DNA of 64,000 nucleotides from Candidatus Sumerlaeia bacterium (GTDB taxonomy: Bacteria > Sumerlaeota > Sumerlaeia > MVZB01), in assembly GCA_039683515.1 (NCBI GenBank), contig JBDKRG010000038.1, positions 6,424-70,423 on the forward strand, given 5' to 3'. Both the position numbers and the translations under genes were made by a program. Of the stretch, positions 19,164-28,570 are shown piece after piece. Position 1 is the first letter of the stretch, and each line of letters begins with the position of its first letter. The notes beneath the pieces were generated by a model. The model made no database searches. It saw only the letters and a list, made by a program, of their open reading frames with translations, and was not told the origin of the DNA.

Positions 19164-21685
19164 CGCGCCGCGGCCTCCTCTTCCTTTGGCCCGTTCTCCG
19201 CCGGCGGCGCGGCCTTGACGAGCTTGACCGCCGGCAGCCCGGCGCCGTCGTCCAACCGAAGCCCCAGCACGTTGGCCGCGCCGTAGGCCACGCCCTCGGC
19301 CAGATACCGATTGATGCGCACCTGGCTCGGGATTTCGGAGCCGCCCTCGATCATCACCCAATCGCTTTCGCTGAGCCCGAGCCGCGCCGCGTCGGCCGGG
19401 CTGAGCTCGAGGCGCGGCCGCGGCCGCAGCGCGTCGAACTCGCTCGAGCGCGAGCCGAGATGATCCGGCCCCTGCGAATGCTGCACCCACCAAAGCCGTA
19501 GGTCGCTTCGGCCCGAAGCGACATGGGTTTTCATTTCCGGCCGCCCGCTCGAATGCAGCTTGAACGCCGGCCGCTTCGTCACGCCGAAGTAGTTGTGCGT
19601 GCGCTGCGGGGCCTCGGGGCCGGGCTGCTTGAGCACGAACGCGTCGAGCGTCAGCTCGGGCCGCCCCCACGCGCGCGCCAGCTGCGCGAACACCTCGTGC
19701 GCGCGCTTCGTCGCCATCGTGTCTCCCATTTTCATCCCGATCAGCTCGAGGAGCCGCCACTCCTCCTGCGCCCGGCCCGGCGCGCGGACCCCCTTGCTCA
19801 TCCGTTGCAGCGTCCCGTCGATGTCGGTCATCGAGCCGTCGCACTCCATGAACATCGAGCCCGGCAGCACGACCGCCGCCCGCTCGGTGATCCACGACGG
19901 GAAGACGTCGATCGCGATGACGGTCGGCGTCGCGGCGAGCGCGCGCTCGATCAGCCCGCGGCGCGGGTGATGGACCAGTTCGTCGGCGCGATGCAGGAAC
20001 AACACCTTGAACCTGCCCGCGGCGGCCAGCTCGAGCAGCCCCGGCGCGGCCGGACCGGCCTCGGCGACCGGCTCGCCGCCGGCCAGCCGATCGCACTGCG
20101 CGCCCGAGTGATAAGCCCCCTTGGCGTTGCGAGCGGCCGTCACCGGGAGGAAATGCCACCCCTCGCCGAGCGCCCGCGCCAGCCGCAGCGCCACCGGCAC
20201 GAGCTCCGGCGCGAGCGCGCCGCCCGCCGCGTCGAGCGAGAGCGCAAGCAGCCCCTGTTCGGCAAGGAGCAACCCGAACAGCCGCTCCATCCCTTGCGGC
20301 GCGTTGGCCGCGTCCTTGCCACGCTCGAGCCCCTCCGCCAGCGCGCCGAGCGCCGCCGCAAGCTTCTCCGGCCGTTCGAGCCACGCCGTTTCGGCCTGGC
20401 CGCCCAGCCACGCGTCCACGCGCGAATCGATCAGGCCCAGCCGCGTCCGCTTGAGCCGCGCCCCCTCGCGCAGCCGCAGCGCGATGTCCGGGGCCGTGTC
20501 GATCAGCTCGCCGCACGCGACGGCCACCGTCGATTGATACGCCTTTCGGTCGAGCAGGTCGAAGTCGCCGTCGCTCGCGCCGAGCGCCACCCCCACCGCC
20601 TGCGCGGCCGCCTCGCTCCCGAACCGCCCGCGCCAGTCGACGTGCGGCGTTTTGCAGACCTCGCGCGCCAGCCGGCCAAACAGGTAAAACTCCTCGTTCG
20701 TCGAGCGCTCGCCCGCGATGAAGCACGCCTCGCCCGGCGCGCACGCCTTGAGCGCCTCGGCGGCCGCTTCGAGCGCCTTTTCCAGATCGGCCGCCTTGCC
20801 GCGCACAAGCGCCTCGAGCAGCCGGTCCTCGCTGTTGGCGTGCAGCGACCCGAACCGCGTCTCGTTGCTGATGAACCGCGTCGTGTCCTCGTCGATTGTG
20901 TAGAGCCCGTGCCGCCGCCGCGCCGGGGGCGTCACGCGGTAGAGCCGCCCGCCACGCGTCCAGGCCGTCACGATCCCGACCGCGTGGCGCGGCGTCGTGA
21001 TCGTCTGGCGCAGTTCCCACGGCCGCGCCTCGAACCGGAACGGCTTGCTCGTCAGGCACCCGACCGGGCACAAATCAATGACGTTGCCCGAGAACGGATT
21101 GGCGACCGGCCCATTCCCGAATGTCCCGATGTAATTGCGGCTGCCGTGGCCGAACACGCCCATGACGTGCTCGCCCGCGACCTCGTCGCAGAACCGCACG
21201 CACCTCGTGCACATGATGCAGCGGTTGCGCTCGATATCGATGAGCGGATCGAACTGGGGCTTGACGAACCGCCGCCGCGCGTCGACCGTCCGCGCCGTCC
21301 CCCACCCGTATTCCATTGAATACCGCTGCAGCATGCACTCGCCGCCGCGGTCGCAGACCGGGCAGTCGAGCGGATGGTTCATCAGCAAAAATTCCATCAT
21401 CCCCTTGCGGCAGTCGTCGATCAGCTCCGAATCGGTGCGGATCTTCAAATTTTCCGTAACGACCATGTTGCACGAGATTTCAGATTTGGGCCGCCCTTCG
21501 ATTTCAACCAGGCACAGCCGGCAATTGCCCGCCACCGACAGCGCCGGCTGGTAGCAGTAATGCGGCACGTAATGCCCGACATCGAGCAGCGCCTGAAGCA
21601 AATTCCTGCCCTTGGGCAGCATCAATTCCTTGCCATTAACGCTGACGGCGACAAACGGAGGTGAATCTGGAATTCTAATGGTCAT
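19160..21685 (-). CDS. nuoG: NADH-quinone oxidoreductase subunit G
   Basis: CY...AGNCRLC, HPLDCPVCDRGGEC and CIMCTRC...CPVG Fe-S motifs; molybdopterin-oxidoreductase-like C-terminal part. Confidence 0.95.
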   Translation of the reverse strand: MTIRIPDSPPFVAVSVNGKELMLPKGRNLLQALLDVGHYVPHYCYQPALSVAGNCRLCLVEIEGRPKSEISCNMVVTENLKIRTDSELIDDCRKGMMEFLLMNHPLDCPVCDRGGECMLQRYSMEYGWGTARTVDARRRFVKPQFDPLIDIERNRCIMCTRCVRFCDEVAGEHVMGVFGHGSRNYIGTFGNGPVANPFSGNVIDLCPVGCLTSKPFRFEARPWELRQTITTPRHAVGIVTAWTRGGRLYRVTPPARRRHGLYTIDEDTTRFISNETRFGSLHANSEDRLLEALVRGKAADLEKALEAAAEALKACAPGEACFIAGERSTNEEFYLFGRLAREVCKTPHVDWRGRFGSEAAAQAVGVALGASDGDFDLLDRKAYQSTVAVACGELIDTAPDIALRLREGARLKRTRLGLIDSRVDAWLGGQAETAWLERPEKLAAALGALAEGLERGKDAANAPQGMERLFGLLLAEQGLLALSLDAAGGALAPELVPVALRLARALGEGWHFLPVTAARNAKGAYHSGAQCDRLAGGEPVAEAGPAAPGLLELAAAGRFKVLFLHRADELVHHPRRGLIERALAATPTVIAIDVFPSWITERAAVVLPGSMFMECDGSMTDIDGTLQRMSKGVRAPGRAQEEWRLLELIGMKMGDTMATKRAHEVFAQLARAWGRPELTLDAFVLKQPGPEAPQRTHNYFGVTKRPAFKLHSSGRPEMKTHVASGRSDLRLWWVQHSQGPDHLGSRSSEFDALRPRPRLELSPADAARLGLSESDWVMIEGGSEIPSQVRINRYLAEGVAYGAANVLGLRLDDGAGLPAVKLVKAAPPAENGPKEEEAAAR

Positions 21686-21734
21686 GCCTTATGAACGCCT
21701 CGTATCTCTATGATCCCGCATCTTCTTGGCCGTG

Positions 21735-22392
21735 TCCCAGTCCCGGAGGGACGATCGCTTTCAGCCCGCCATGACAATGGCGGGTAACGGACGATTAAAA
21801 ACACCGAGTCCCGGAGGGACGGTTGATCAACCAAACACGTAATCCTCCTGGTATTCGATCATGTGCATTTTCAAGAACGCCTTGTATTCGTCTTCAAATG
21901 TTCTCTTTCGGTGATGCTCGCCTTGGTTCCGAATGTACTTCGTCGTAGCCTCAATCTGTGAGAATCCATTCGTGAAAACGCCATAACCTTCCTGCCACTG
22001 GAACCTGACACTCGGCGCAATCTCCTCGTTGGCCCATTTTGACGATCCCGCCTTGATGAGTTGAATGCCTTTCGCCGGCGCCATCGATGGCGGAATCATC
22101 AGGAAAATGTGGCAATGATTTTCGGTTCCTCCCGCGATCAACGATTTCATCCCGTTTTCCCGGGCGATCCCGCCCATGTAATCCCACAACCGCCCCATCC
22201 ATTCCGGCAGTATCAGTTTCGTCCGGTTCCGAGTCGAGAAGACGAAATGATAAAGACAACTACCGTAGGTATGGCCGCCCATTGCATGGGTCCTTTCTCA
22301 TTCGTCCCTGCCGGGACTCGGTTATTCTCTCCGTCATCGTTTCCCGCCATTGTCATGGCGGGCTGAAAGCGCCCGTCCCTGCGGGACTGGGA
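21735..22392. mobile_element. IS200/RAYT-like Y1 element with ~87-bp palindromic inverted ends, inserted between nuoF and nuoG
   Basis: 21735-21821 and 22303-22392 are imperfect inverted repeats (TCCCAGTCCCG.AGGGACG..CGCTTTCAGCCCGCCATGACAATGGCGGG...CCGAGTCCCGG.AGGGACG) enclosing tnpA. Confidence 0.88.
21827..22282 (-). CDS. tnpA: IS200/IS605-family (Y1, HUH) transposase
   Basis: YHFVFSTRNR, NHCH (HUH), IKAGSSKW, WQEGYGVF and catalytic YIRNQ motifs, all intact. Confidence 0.95.
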   Translation of the reverse strand: MGGHTYGSCLYHFVFSTRNRTKLILPEWMGRLWDYMGGIARENGMKSLIAGGTENHCHIFLMIPPSMAPAKGIQLIKAGSSKWANEEIAPSVRFQWQEGYGVFTNGFSQIEATTKYIRNQGEHHRKRTFEDEYKAFLKMHMIEYQEDYVFG

Positions 22393-22415
22393 AGTCATTT
22401 CTCATCCAAAGGGTT

Positions 22416-22583
22416 TTACTTGATGTTCTGCTTCACATACCCAAACGCCATTAAAGCAAGCAAGGGACTCGTGATGATCACCACATCAAGTCCTGTTGGC
22501 CTGTTCATGTAACCAATCGCGTAAACAATAGCCTCAAGTGGCAGAAAAATAAGTAAAAAGAAAATTGCTTGTTTTCCTTTCAT
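22416..22583 (-). CDS. Small AT-rich 2-TM hypothetical protein (55 aa)
   Basis: MKGKQAIFFLLIFLPLEAIVYAIGY...VVIITSPLLALMAFGYVKQNIK; starts 7 nt after the nuoF stop on the same strand. Confidence 0.5.
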   Translation of the reverse strand: MKGKQAIFFLLIFLPLEAIVYAIGYMNRPTGLDVVIITSPLLALMAFGYVKQNIK

Positions 22584-22590
22584 GGTATTA

Positions 22591-23898
22591 TCAGAACTTC
22601 GTGTATCCCTTCTCAAACGGGCATTTCCCCTGGTCGATGTGCGCCTGGAATTCTTCCCGAAACCTCGGTATTGTCCGCACTAGGCTTCCTGTCGCGAACT
22701 CGCCCAGCGCGCAGATCGACCGGCCCGTGATGTTGCCGCAGATTTCTTCCAGCAGCTCCACGTCCCCCTGCACGCCCTGGCCGTTTTCCAGCCTTTTTAA
22801 AATCTTGTACATCCAGTTCGTCCCCTCGCGGCACGGCGTGCACTGCCCACAGCTCTCTTCCCAATAAAAATGCATCAAATTCAGCGAGGCCCACGCGAAG
22901 CAAACCGTCTCGTCCATCACGATGATCCCCGTCGATCCCAAAAACGTTCCATACTTGCGCGGGCCGTCGAAATCCATCACCACGTCGAGCTCGTCCTCGA
23001 ACAGCATCGGCACCGACGACCCGCCGGGGAAGACGGCCTTGAACTTGTTGCCGTCGCGGATCCCGCCCGCGTAATCATAAATCAGCTCGCGCATCGTGAC
23101 GCCGAGCGGCAGCTCGTAATTGCCGGGCCGTTTGACGTGCCCGCTGATCGAATAGACCGTCATCCCCGGCGATTTTTCGGTGCCGAGGCCCTTGAACCAC
23201 TCGCCGCCGCGGCGCATCACCTCGGCCGCGATCGCCAGCGTCTCGACGTTGTTGACGACCGTCGGCGACATATACAAACCCTGGATCGCGGGGAACGGCG
23301 GCCGATTGCGGGGGTATCCGCGCTTGCCCTCGATCGACTCGATGAGCGCCGTTTCCTCGCCGCAGATATACGCGCCCGCGCCGAGGTGGATCGCGATCTC
23401 GCAGTTGAACTCGCTCCCCAGAATCCCGCGCCCCACAAGCCCCGCGTCGCGCGCCTCGTCGAGCGCCCGCCGCATCTGCCGCGCCGCCTCGTAGTATTCC
23501 TTGCGAATATAAATATAAACATTTTCGGCGAGCGTCGCCAGCGCCGCGATGAGCGCCCCTTCGATCAACAAATGCGGCCTCTGTTCGAGCACCGGCCGGT
23601 TGCTGAACGTTCCCGGCTCGCTTTCGTCGGCGTTGACGCAGACGTAATGCGGCCGCTCGCGGTTACGCGGGATGAACCCCCACTTGACGCCCGCCGGGAA
23701 CCCCGCCCCGCCGCGCCCGCGGATGTTGGCGGCCTTGATCAGTTCCAGGACCTTGTCCGGCCCCATCTCCAGCGCGCGCTTCAAGCCATCATACCCGCCC
23801 TTGGCGCGGTAGTCGGCGAGCGATTCGGCGCTGCCGGAATACACGGTCCCGGTCACGCCGTGGGTCAGGACGGGTTTGTAGGAATTCGTGGGCCCCAT
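22591..23898 (-). CDS. nuoF: NADH-quinone oxidoreductase subunit F
   Basis: RGRGGAGFPAGVKW, NADESEPGTF, GAGAYICGEETAL, ESCGQCTPCREG. Confidence 0.98.
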   Translation of the reverse strand: MGPTNSYKPVLTHGVTGTVYSGSAESLADYRAKGGYDGLKRALEMGPDKVLELIKAANIRGRGGAGFPAGVKWGFIPRNRERPHYVCVNADESEPGTFSNRPVLEQRPHLLIEGALIAALATLAENVYIYIRKEYYEAARQMRRALDEARDAGLVGRGILGSEFNCEIAIHLGAGAYICGEETALIESIEGKRGYPRNRPPFPAIQGLYMSPTVVNNVETLAIAAEVMRRGGEWFKGLGTEKSPGMTVYSISGHVKRPGNYELPLGVTMRELIYDYAGGIRDGNKFKAVFPGGSSVPMLFEDELDVVMDFDGPRKYGTFLGSTGIIVMDETVCFAWASLNLMHFYWEESCGQCTPCREGTNWMYKILKRLENGQGVQGDVELLEEICGNITGRSICALGEFATGSLVRTIPRFREEFQAHIDQGKCPFEKGYTKF

Positions 23899-23899
23899 T

Positions 23900-24040
23900 G
23901 AAGAAATCCTGAATCCTAATATCTAAATCCTAAACAAATCTAAATTCACAATATCCAAATCATATCCAGGGCCGGTTTCGAAAATTCGAATTTCGGATTT
24001 CGAATTTGTTTCGGATTTCGGGATTAGGATTTCGTGCTTC
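23900..24040. repeat. Inverted pair of heptamer arrays (AAATCCT.../...TTTCGGA)
   Basis: The left arm GAAATCCTGAATCCTAATATCTAAATCCTAAACAAATC is approximately complementary to the right arm ...GAATTTGTTTCGGATTTCGGGATTAGGATTTC; lies between nuoE and nuoF. Confidence 0.8.
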
Positions 24041-24045
24041 ATTCT

Positions 24046-24606
24046 TTACGCTTTCCGGCCGTTGCGCCCGGTGAAATACGGCTTCCGTTTTCCCTGCCTG
24101 CATTCGTCAAGAATCCTGTCGACCTTTTCGCGCGTCAGCCTGGTCTCCAGCTCCTGGTTGACCAGCATGACCGGCGCCTCGCTGCACGCCCCGAGGCATT
24201 CGCGCCGCTCGATCGTGAACAGCCCGTCCTTCGTCGTCTCGGCCCACTCGATCCCGAGCTTTTCGCTCAAATACGCATACAGCCCGTCGGCCGCCTTGAG
24301 CGCGCACGGCAGCGTCGCGCAAATCCCCAATACGTATTTGCCGACCGGCTCGCGGTGATACATTTGATAAAAGCTCAGGACCTCGTAGACCTCGGCCGGC
24401 GTGCAGCCGCAGATCTCCGCCGCTCGGACGGCCAATTCGTCGCTCACATAACCGTCCTCCTCTTGAATGAGCCACAGCACCGGCATCAGCGCCGATTGCC
24501 GCCGCGGGTAGCGCGCCAGGACCGGATCGATGTCCGCGCGCCGGCGTAAATAAAGGTCGTTTTCAGCTAGCGGGGTTTTGAGGTTTACTTCGGGCATTCG
24601 GTTCAT
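24046..24606 (-). CDS. nuoE: NADH-quinone oxidoreductase subunit E
   Basis: SALMPVLW, CATLPC...CLGAC 2Fe-2S motif; the upstream ORF extension lies in a micro-repeat and was trimmed. Confidence 0.95.
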   Translation of the reverse strand: MNRMPEVNLKTPLAENDLYLRRRADIDPVLARYPRRQSALMPVLWLIQEEDGYVSDELAVRAAEICGCTPAEVYEVLSFYQMYHREPVGKYVLGICATLPCALKAADGLYAYLSEKLGIEWAETTKDGLFTIERRECLGACSEAPVMLVNQELETRLTREKVDRILDECRQGKRKPYFTGRNGRKA

Positions 24607-24675
24607 CCGATTTTCGATTACGATTACGAGTACGAGCACGAGCACGAGCACGATTCTTCAAGTTCAGTTCGCGCG

Positions 24676-25944
24676 CTAGCGGTCGATCTCCCCCAGCACG
24701 ACGTCGATCGAGCCGATCACGGCGATCGTGTCGGCCAGCAGCCCGCCCCGGCACATCGGCCCAAGCGACTGCAGGTTCACGAACGACGGACTTCTTATTT
24801 TCAAACGGTACGGCGTGTAGCCGCCCATACTGACGATATAAAAGCCGAGCTCGCCCTTGCTCCCCTCGATCGGCGCGTAGGCCTCGCCGGGCGGGACGTA
24901 GATCCCCTCGCTCGCCAGCAGAAAGTGGTGGATCAGGTCCTCCATCGAGCGCTTGATGCGGGCGCGCGGCGGGTAGCAGACCTTCGGGTTGTCGATGTTG
25001 AGCGGCCCGTCCTGGGGCATCTTGTCGAGGCACTGCAGGATGATCCGGCAGCTCTGGAGCATCTCCTGCATGCGGCATTCGTATCGCGCGTAGACGTCGC
25101 CCTGGGTCCGCACCGGCACCTCGAAGTCGACCTGGTCGTAATTCAGGTACGGGTTGATCTTGCGGACGTCGTAGTAGACCCCCGAGCCGCGCAGCGACGG
25201 CCCGGTCAGGCAATGGTCGATCGCCTCCTCGCGGCTGATGACCCCCACCCCGCGCGTGCGCATGACGAAGATGTCGTTCATCGTCAGCAGGTCGGAGTAG
25301 TCCTTGTATTTGGACGGGAAATCCTCGACGAACGCGCGCACCCGGTCGAGCCAGCCGGCCGGCCAGTCGCGCGCGACGCCGCCGACGCGCATGTAGCTGA
25401 CGGTGAACCGCGCCCCGCTGATCTCCTCGAACAGGTCGTAGAGCGTCTCGCGCTCGCGGAACGTGTAGAGGAAGACCGTCATCGCGCCCAGTTCCATCGC
25501 GTGCGTCCCGAGCCACAGCAGGTGGCTCGAGATCCGCGCCATCTCGCACAGGATCATGCGCAGCCACTTGCAGCGCTCGGTGATCTCGACCCCGAGCAGC
25601 TTCTCGACGCTCAGCACGTAGGCCGTGTTGTTGAGCATCGGCGCGAGGTAGTCGAGCCGGTCGGTGTAGGGAATAAATTTATGATACGTCTTGACCTCGG
25701 CCAGCTTTTCCTTGCCGCTGTGCAGGTAGCCGACGACGGGCCGCACGTCGAGGACCGTCTCGCCCTCGAGTTCCATGATGAGGCGCAGCACGCCGTGCGT
25801 CGACGGGTGCTGCGGCCCGAGGTTGAGCGTCATGATCTCGGCCGTCGGGTAATCGTGCTCGACCGTGCGCCGCCCGCCGGGCTTGCCGGGAAGCGTCCAA
25901 TCGGGCTGGCCCTGGGGCTTGATGTGCGGCTCATTCATAGGCAT
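24676..25944 (-). CDS. nuoD: NADH-quinone oxidoreductase subunit D
   Basis: NLGPQHPSTHGVLRL, DRLDY, KGELG, C-terminal GEIDR. Confidence 0.98.
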   Translation of the reverse strand: MPMNEPHIKPQGQPDWTLPGKPGGRRTVEHDYPTAEIMTLNLGPQHPSTHGVLRLIMELEGETVLDVRPVVGYLHSGKEKLAEVKTYHKFIPYTDRLDYLAPMLNNTAYVLSVEKLLGVEITERCKWLRMILCEMARISSHLLWLGTHAMELGAMTVFLYTFRERETLYDLFEEISGARFTVSYMRVGGVARDWPAGWLDRVRAFVEDFPSKYKDYSDLLTMNDIFVMRTRGVGVISREEAIDHCLTGPSLRGSGVYYDVRKINPYLNYDQVDFEVPVRTQGDVYARYECRMQEMLQSCRIILQCLDKMPQDGPLNIDNPKVCYPPRARIKRSMEDLIHHFLLASEGIYVPPGEAYAPIEGSKGELGFYIVSMGGYTPYRLKIRSPSFVNLQSLGPMCRGGLLADTIAVIGSIDVVLGEIDR

Positions 25945-26052
25945 TTATCTTCAAGCACCGATCTGCGTATCAACTTTCACCATCTCTCATCTCTCATTTC
26001 TCATCTCTCATCGCTCATCGCTTTTTTTCATCATTCATCATTCATCATTCCC

Positions 26053-26625
26053 TCAAACGTCCCCGTCCTGCACGCGGATGCGCGGCACGAGGTCGCTCGG
26101 CTCGCCGGCGTATTCGTCGGTGTCCTGCTTGTAGTAGAAGCTGGTCGAGCCGCCCAGCGGGAAGTCCTTGCGCAGCGGGTAGCCTTCCCAGTTGTCGGGC
26201 ATCAGGATCCGGCGCAGGTCGGGGTGGCCGTCGAAGACGATGCCGAACATGTCGAAGACTTCGCGCTCGAGAAAATCGGCGCCCTTCCACAGCGGGACGA
26301 TCGACCGGATCCGGCAGTCGGCCTCGGGGACCGGCGCCCGCAGCCGGATGCGGTGGTGGTGCGCGAGCGAGAGGAGCGCGTAGACGACGTCGAAGCGCGG
26401 CTCGCGCCCGGCCTCGAGGTAATCGATCGCCGTGATCTCGACGAGGATATCAAAGGCGAGCGCCGGATCGCGCCGCAGCGCCTCGACCGCTTCGTAAACG
26501 TTCCCGCGATCGACGACGAGCGTGACCTCGTCGCGGAACACGATCGCGTCGAGCAGCGCCTCGGCGCCGACCGCCTTGACGGCCGCCGACGCGGTCTCGA
26601 GCAATTGGGCTGGCTCAAGCGGCAC
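26053..26625 (-). CDS. nuoC: NADH-quinone oxidoreductase subunit C
   Basis: EREVFDMFGIVFDGHPDLRRILMP...GYPLRKDFP. Confidence 0.97.
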   Translation of the reverse strand: MPLEPAQLLETASAAVKAVGAEALLDAIVFRDEVTLVVDRGNVYEAVEALRRDPALAFDILVEITAIDYLEAGREPRFDVVYALLSLAHHHRIRLRAPVPEADCRIRSIVPLWKGADFLEREVFDMFGIVFDGHPDLRRILMPDNWEGYPLRKDFPLGGSTSFYYKQDTDEYAGEPSDLVPRIRVQDGDV

Positions 26626-26637
26626 GTCGGATCTCCT

Positions 26638-27216
26638 TTACACCAGCGCCTGCGGGCTTTTCTGGATTTTCTTCTGCAGCAGCATGATCCCGTAGAGCAG
26701 CGCCTCGGGCCGCGGCGGGCAGCCCGGCACGTAGACGTCGACCGGGACGATCTGGTCGACCCCCTGCAGGACCGCGTACGAGTTGTGCATCCCGCCGCAG
26801 CTGGCGCACGCCCCCATCGAGATCACCCACTTGGGCTCGGCCATCTGATCGTAGATGCGGCGCACCACCGGCGCCATCTTCTTGCTCACCCACCCCGACA
26901 CGATCATCAGGTCGGCCTGGCGCGGCGACGGCCGGAAGACTTCCATGCCGAAGCGCGACAGGTCGTAGCGGCTGGCGGCCGTGGCCATCATCTCGATGGC
27001 GCAGCACGCCAGGCCCATCGTCACCGGCCAGATCGAATTCTTGCGGCACCACGCAATGACTTCGTCGAGCGTCTTGACGAGCCGCGCGTCGTGTTCGGCC
27101 GGCTTCAATTGATCCAGCTGCGCGAGGCCGTCCTCGTTGATCCATGGCGGGCGCTTGATCTTGTCGTCCCACGGCGGCGGCGGCGGTTGAGATTTCAGAT
27201 GGCGCTTCAGCTCCAT
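26638..27216 (-). CDS. nuoB: NADH-quinone oxidoreductase subunit B
   Basis: [38 protein letters not shown]; start overlaps the nuoA end. Confidence 0.97.
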   Translation of the reverse strand: MELKRHLKSQPPPPPWDDKIKRPPWINEDGLAQLDQLKPAEHDARLVKTLDEVIAWCRKNSIWPVTMGLACCAIEMMATAASRYDLSRFGMEVFRPSPRQADLMIVSGWVSKKMAPVVRRIYDQMAEPKWVISMGACASCGGMHNSYAVLQGVDQIVPVDVYVPGCPPRPEALLYGIMLLQKKIQKSPQALV

Positions 27217-27581
27217 TTGAGCGCTCCCTTCCGCCATTCGTACAGCAGCCCGATCACCAGGATGAGCATGAAGAACAGCATCGCGAAGAACGCGAACCCC
27301 TGGAAACCGGGAATCGGCGCGCGGAACGCCACCGCCCACGTCAGGATCAGGACCGTCTCGACGTCGAACAGCAGGAACAGCAGCGCCACGATGTAAAACT
27401 TGATCGGCAGGCGGATATTGGCCTCGTGGAACGGCAGCATGCCGCTCTCGTACGGCAGCGACTTGACCTTGCCGGGCCGGTGCGGGCCGATGATGCCCGA
27501 CATCACCAGCGTGACGACGCCGAACGCCGCCGCCAGGCACACGATCATCAGGATGGGAATATACGGGTGCAGGTATTCCAT
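27207..27581 (-). CDS. nuoA: NADH-quinone oxidoreductase subunit A
   Basis: [29 protein letters not shown]. Confidence 0.97.
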   Translation of the reverse strand: MEYLHPYIPILMIVCLAAAFGVVTLVMSGIIGPHRPGKVKSLPYESGMLPFHEANIRLPIKFYIVALLFLLFDVETVLILTWAVAFRAPIPGFQGFAFFAMLFFMLILVIGLLYEWRKGALKWS

Positions 27582-27844
27582 CGAGCTTGCCCCTCGCGCC
27601 CCCAGTTGCAAAAGCTCCCCCGTCATTCGGCCCAGATTGAGCCACAAACCAACAGTGCTTGCAAGGCTATCGATCGCAATGCTTTGTCTATCGGCACACT
27701 CGTGAAATATTCACCAATGCCGATTACCATAGTACAGTCGCGCCGTGAGCGCCCAAAGGAAAATCGGTTGTGATTTGGGCCCGGTTCTCTAAACTCAATA
27801 CAAGCGCGCGAACGCGTCGGGCGCAATCTTTTCATCCGGGGGCA

Positions 27845-28372
27845 ATGACGATGGACGTCATGGAAGCGATCAGGAAACGGCGCAGCGTGCGCGACTACGA
27901 GCCGCGGCCGATCCCGCGCGAGGTCCTCGAAAGCGTCACCGAGGCGCTGCGGCTTGCCCCGTCGGCCTGCAACTTCCAGCCGTGGCGGTTCGTGATCGTC
28001 ACCGACCCCGACGTCCGCGGCCGGCTCGCCGCGGCGTGCCGCAACCAGCGCTTCATCGCCGAGGCCCCGGTCATCGTCGCCGGCTGCGCCCTGACCGACG
28101 AGTCCTACACGCGCATGGGCGGCTACTGGAACAGCTGCGACATCGACGTGGCGATCGCCCTCGATCACCTGACGCTCGCCGCCGCCGGCGCCGGCCTGGG
28201 CACGTGCTGGATCGGCGCGTTCAGCGAAAAGGACGTCAAGGAAGTCCTCGGCATTCCCAAAAACGCCAAGCCCATCGGCCTGATCGTGATGGGTTACCCG
28301 AGGGAAGGCGTGGACCTCCCCGCCACCCCGCGCAAAAGCCGCGACCAGGTCTTCGGCGAAAACAAGTTTTAA
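27845..28372 (+). CDS. Nitroreductase family protein
   Basis: RRSVRDY, LAPSACNFQPWRF, GLGTCWIGAF. Confidence 0.95.
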   Translation: MTMDVMEAIRKRRSVRDYEPRPIPREVLESVTEALRLAPSACNFQPWRFVIVTDPDVRGRLAAACRNQRFIAEAPVIVAGCALTDESYTRMGGYWNSCDIDVAIALDHLTLAAAGAGLGTCWIGAFSEKDVKEVLGIPKNAKPIGLIVMGYPREGVDLPATPRKSRDQVFGENKF

Positions 28373-28499
28373 CCCGCTTTGGCCTGTGGCGCCGCCCATT
28401 TTCGTGCGTCGTGCTCGTGCGTCGTGCGTCGTAATCGTAATCGTAATCGAATCTCAAATCATCCGCGCGAATCCGCCCAATCCGCGTCATCCGCCCGCC

Positions 28500-28570
28500 G
28501 TAGGCCGGGTTCGCCGAACCCGGCATCACATTCGATCAACCAGATGCCGCCGTCGGCGACGTCGGCCTAC
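28500..28570. repeat. GTAG REP-like doublet (left flank of the AEC gene)
   Basis: GTAGGCCGGGTTCGCCGAACCCGGCATC...GATGCCGCCGTCGGCGACGTCGGCCTAC. Confidence 0.85.

Noticed and set aside
17898-21071. 1057-aa NuoH fusion, and the 708-aa ORF 28567-30693
   Set aside because: Upstream extensions are alternative frames overlapping nuoG and the GNAT gene; better starts are 19163 (coupled to the nuoG stop) and 29523 (after an RBS).
27700-27716. Rex operator upstream of nuoA (GTGAAATATTCAC)
   Set aside because: The spacer is 3 nt rather than the 4 nt of TTGTGAA-N4-TTCACAA and the outer bases mismatch. It could be another operator, but that is unsupported.
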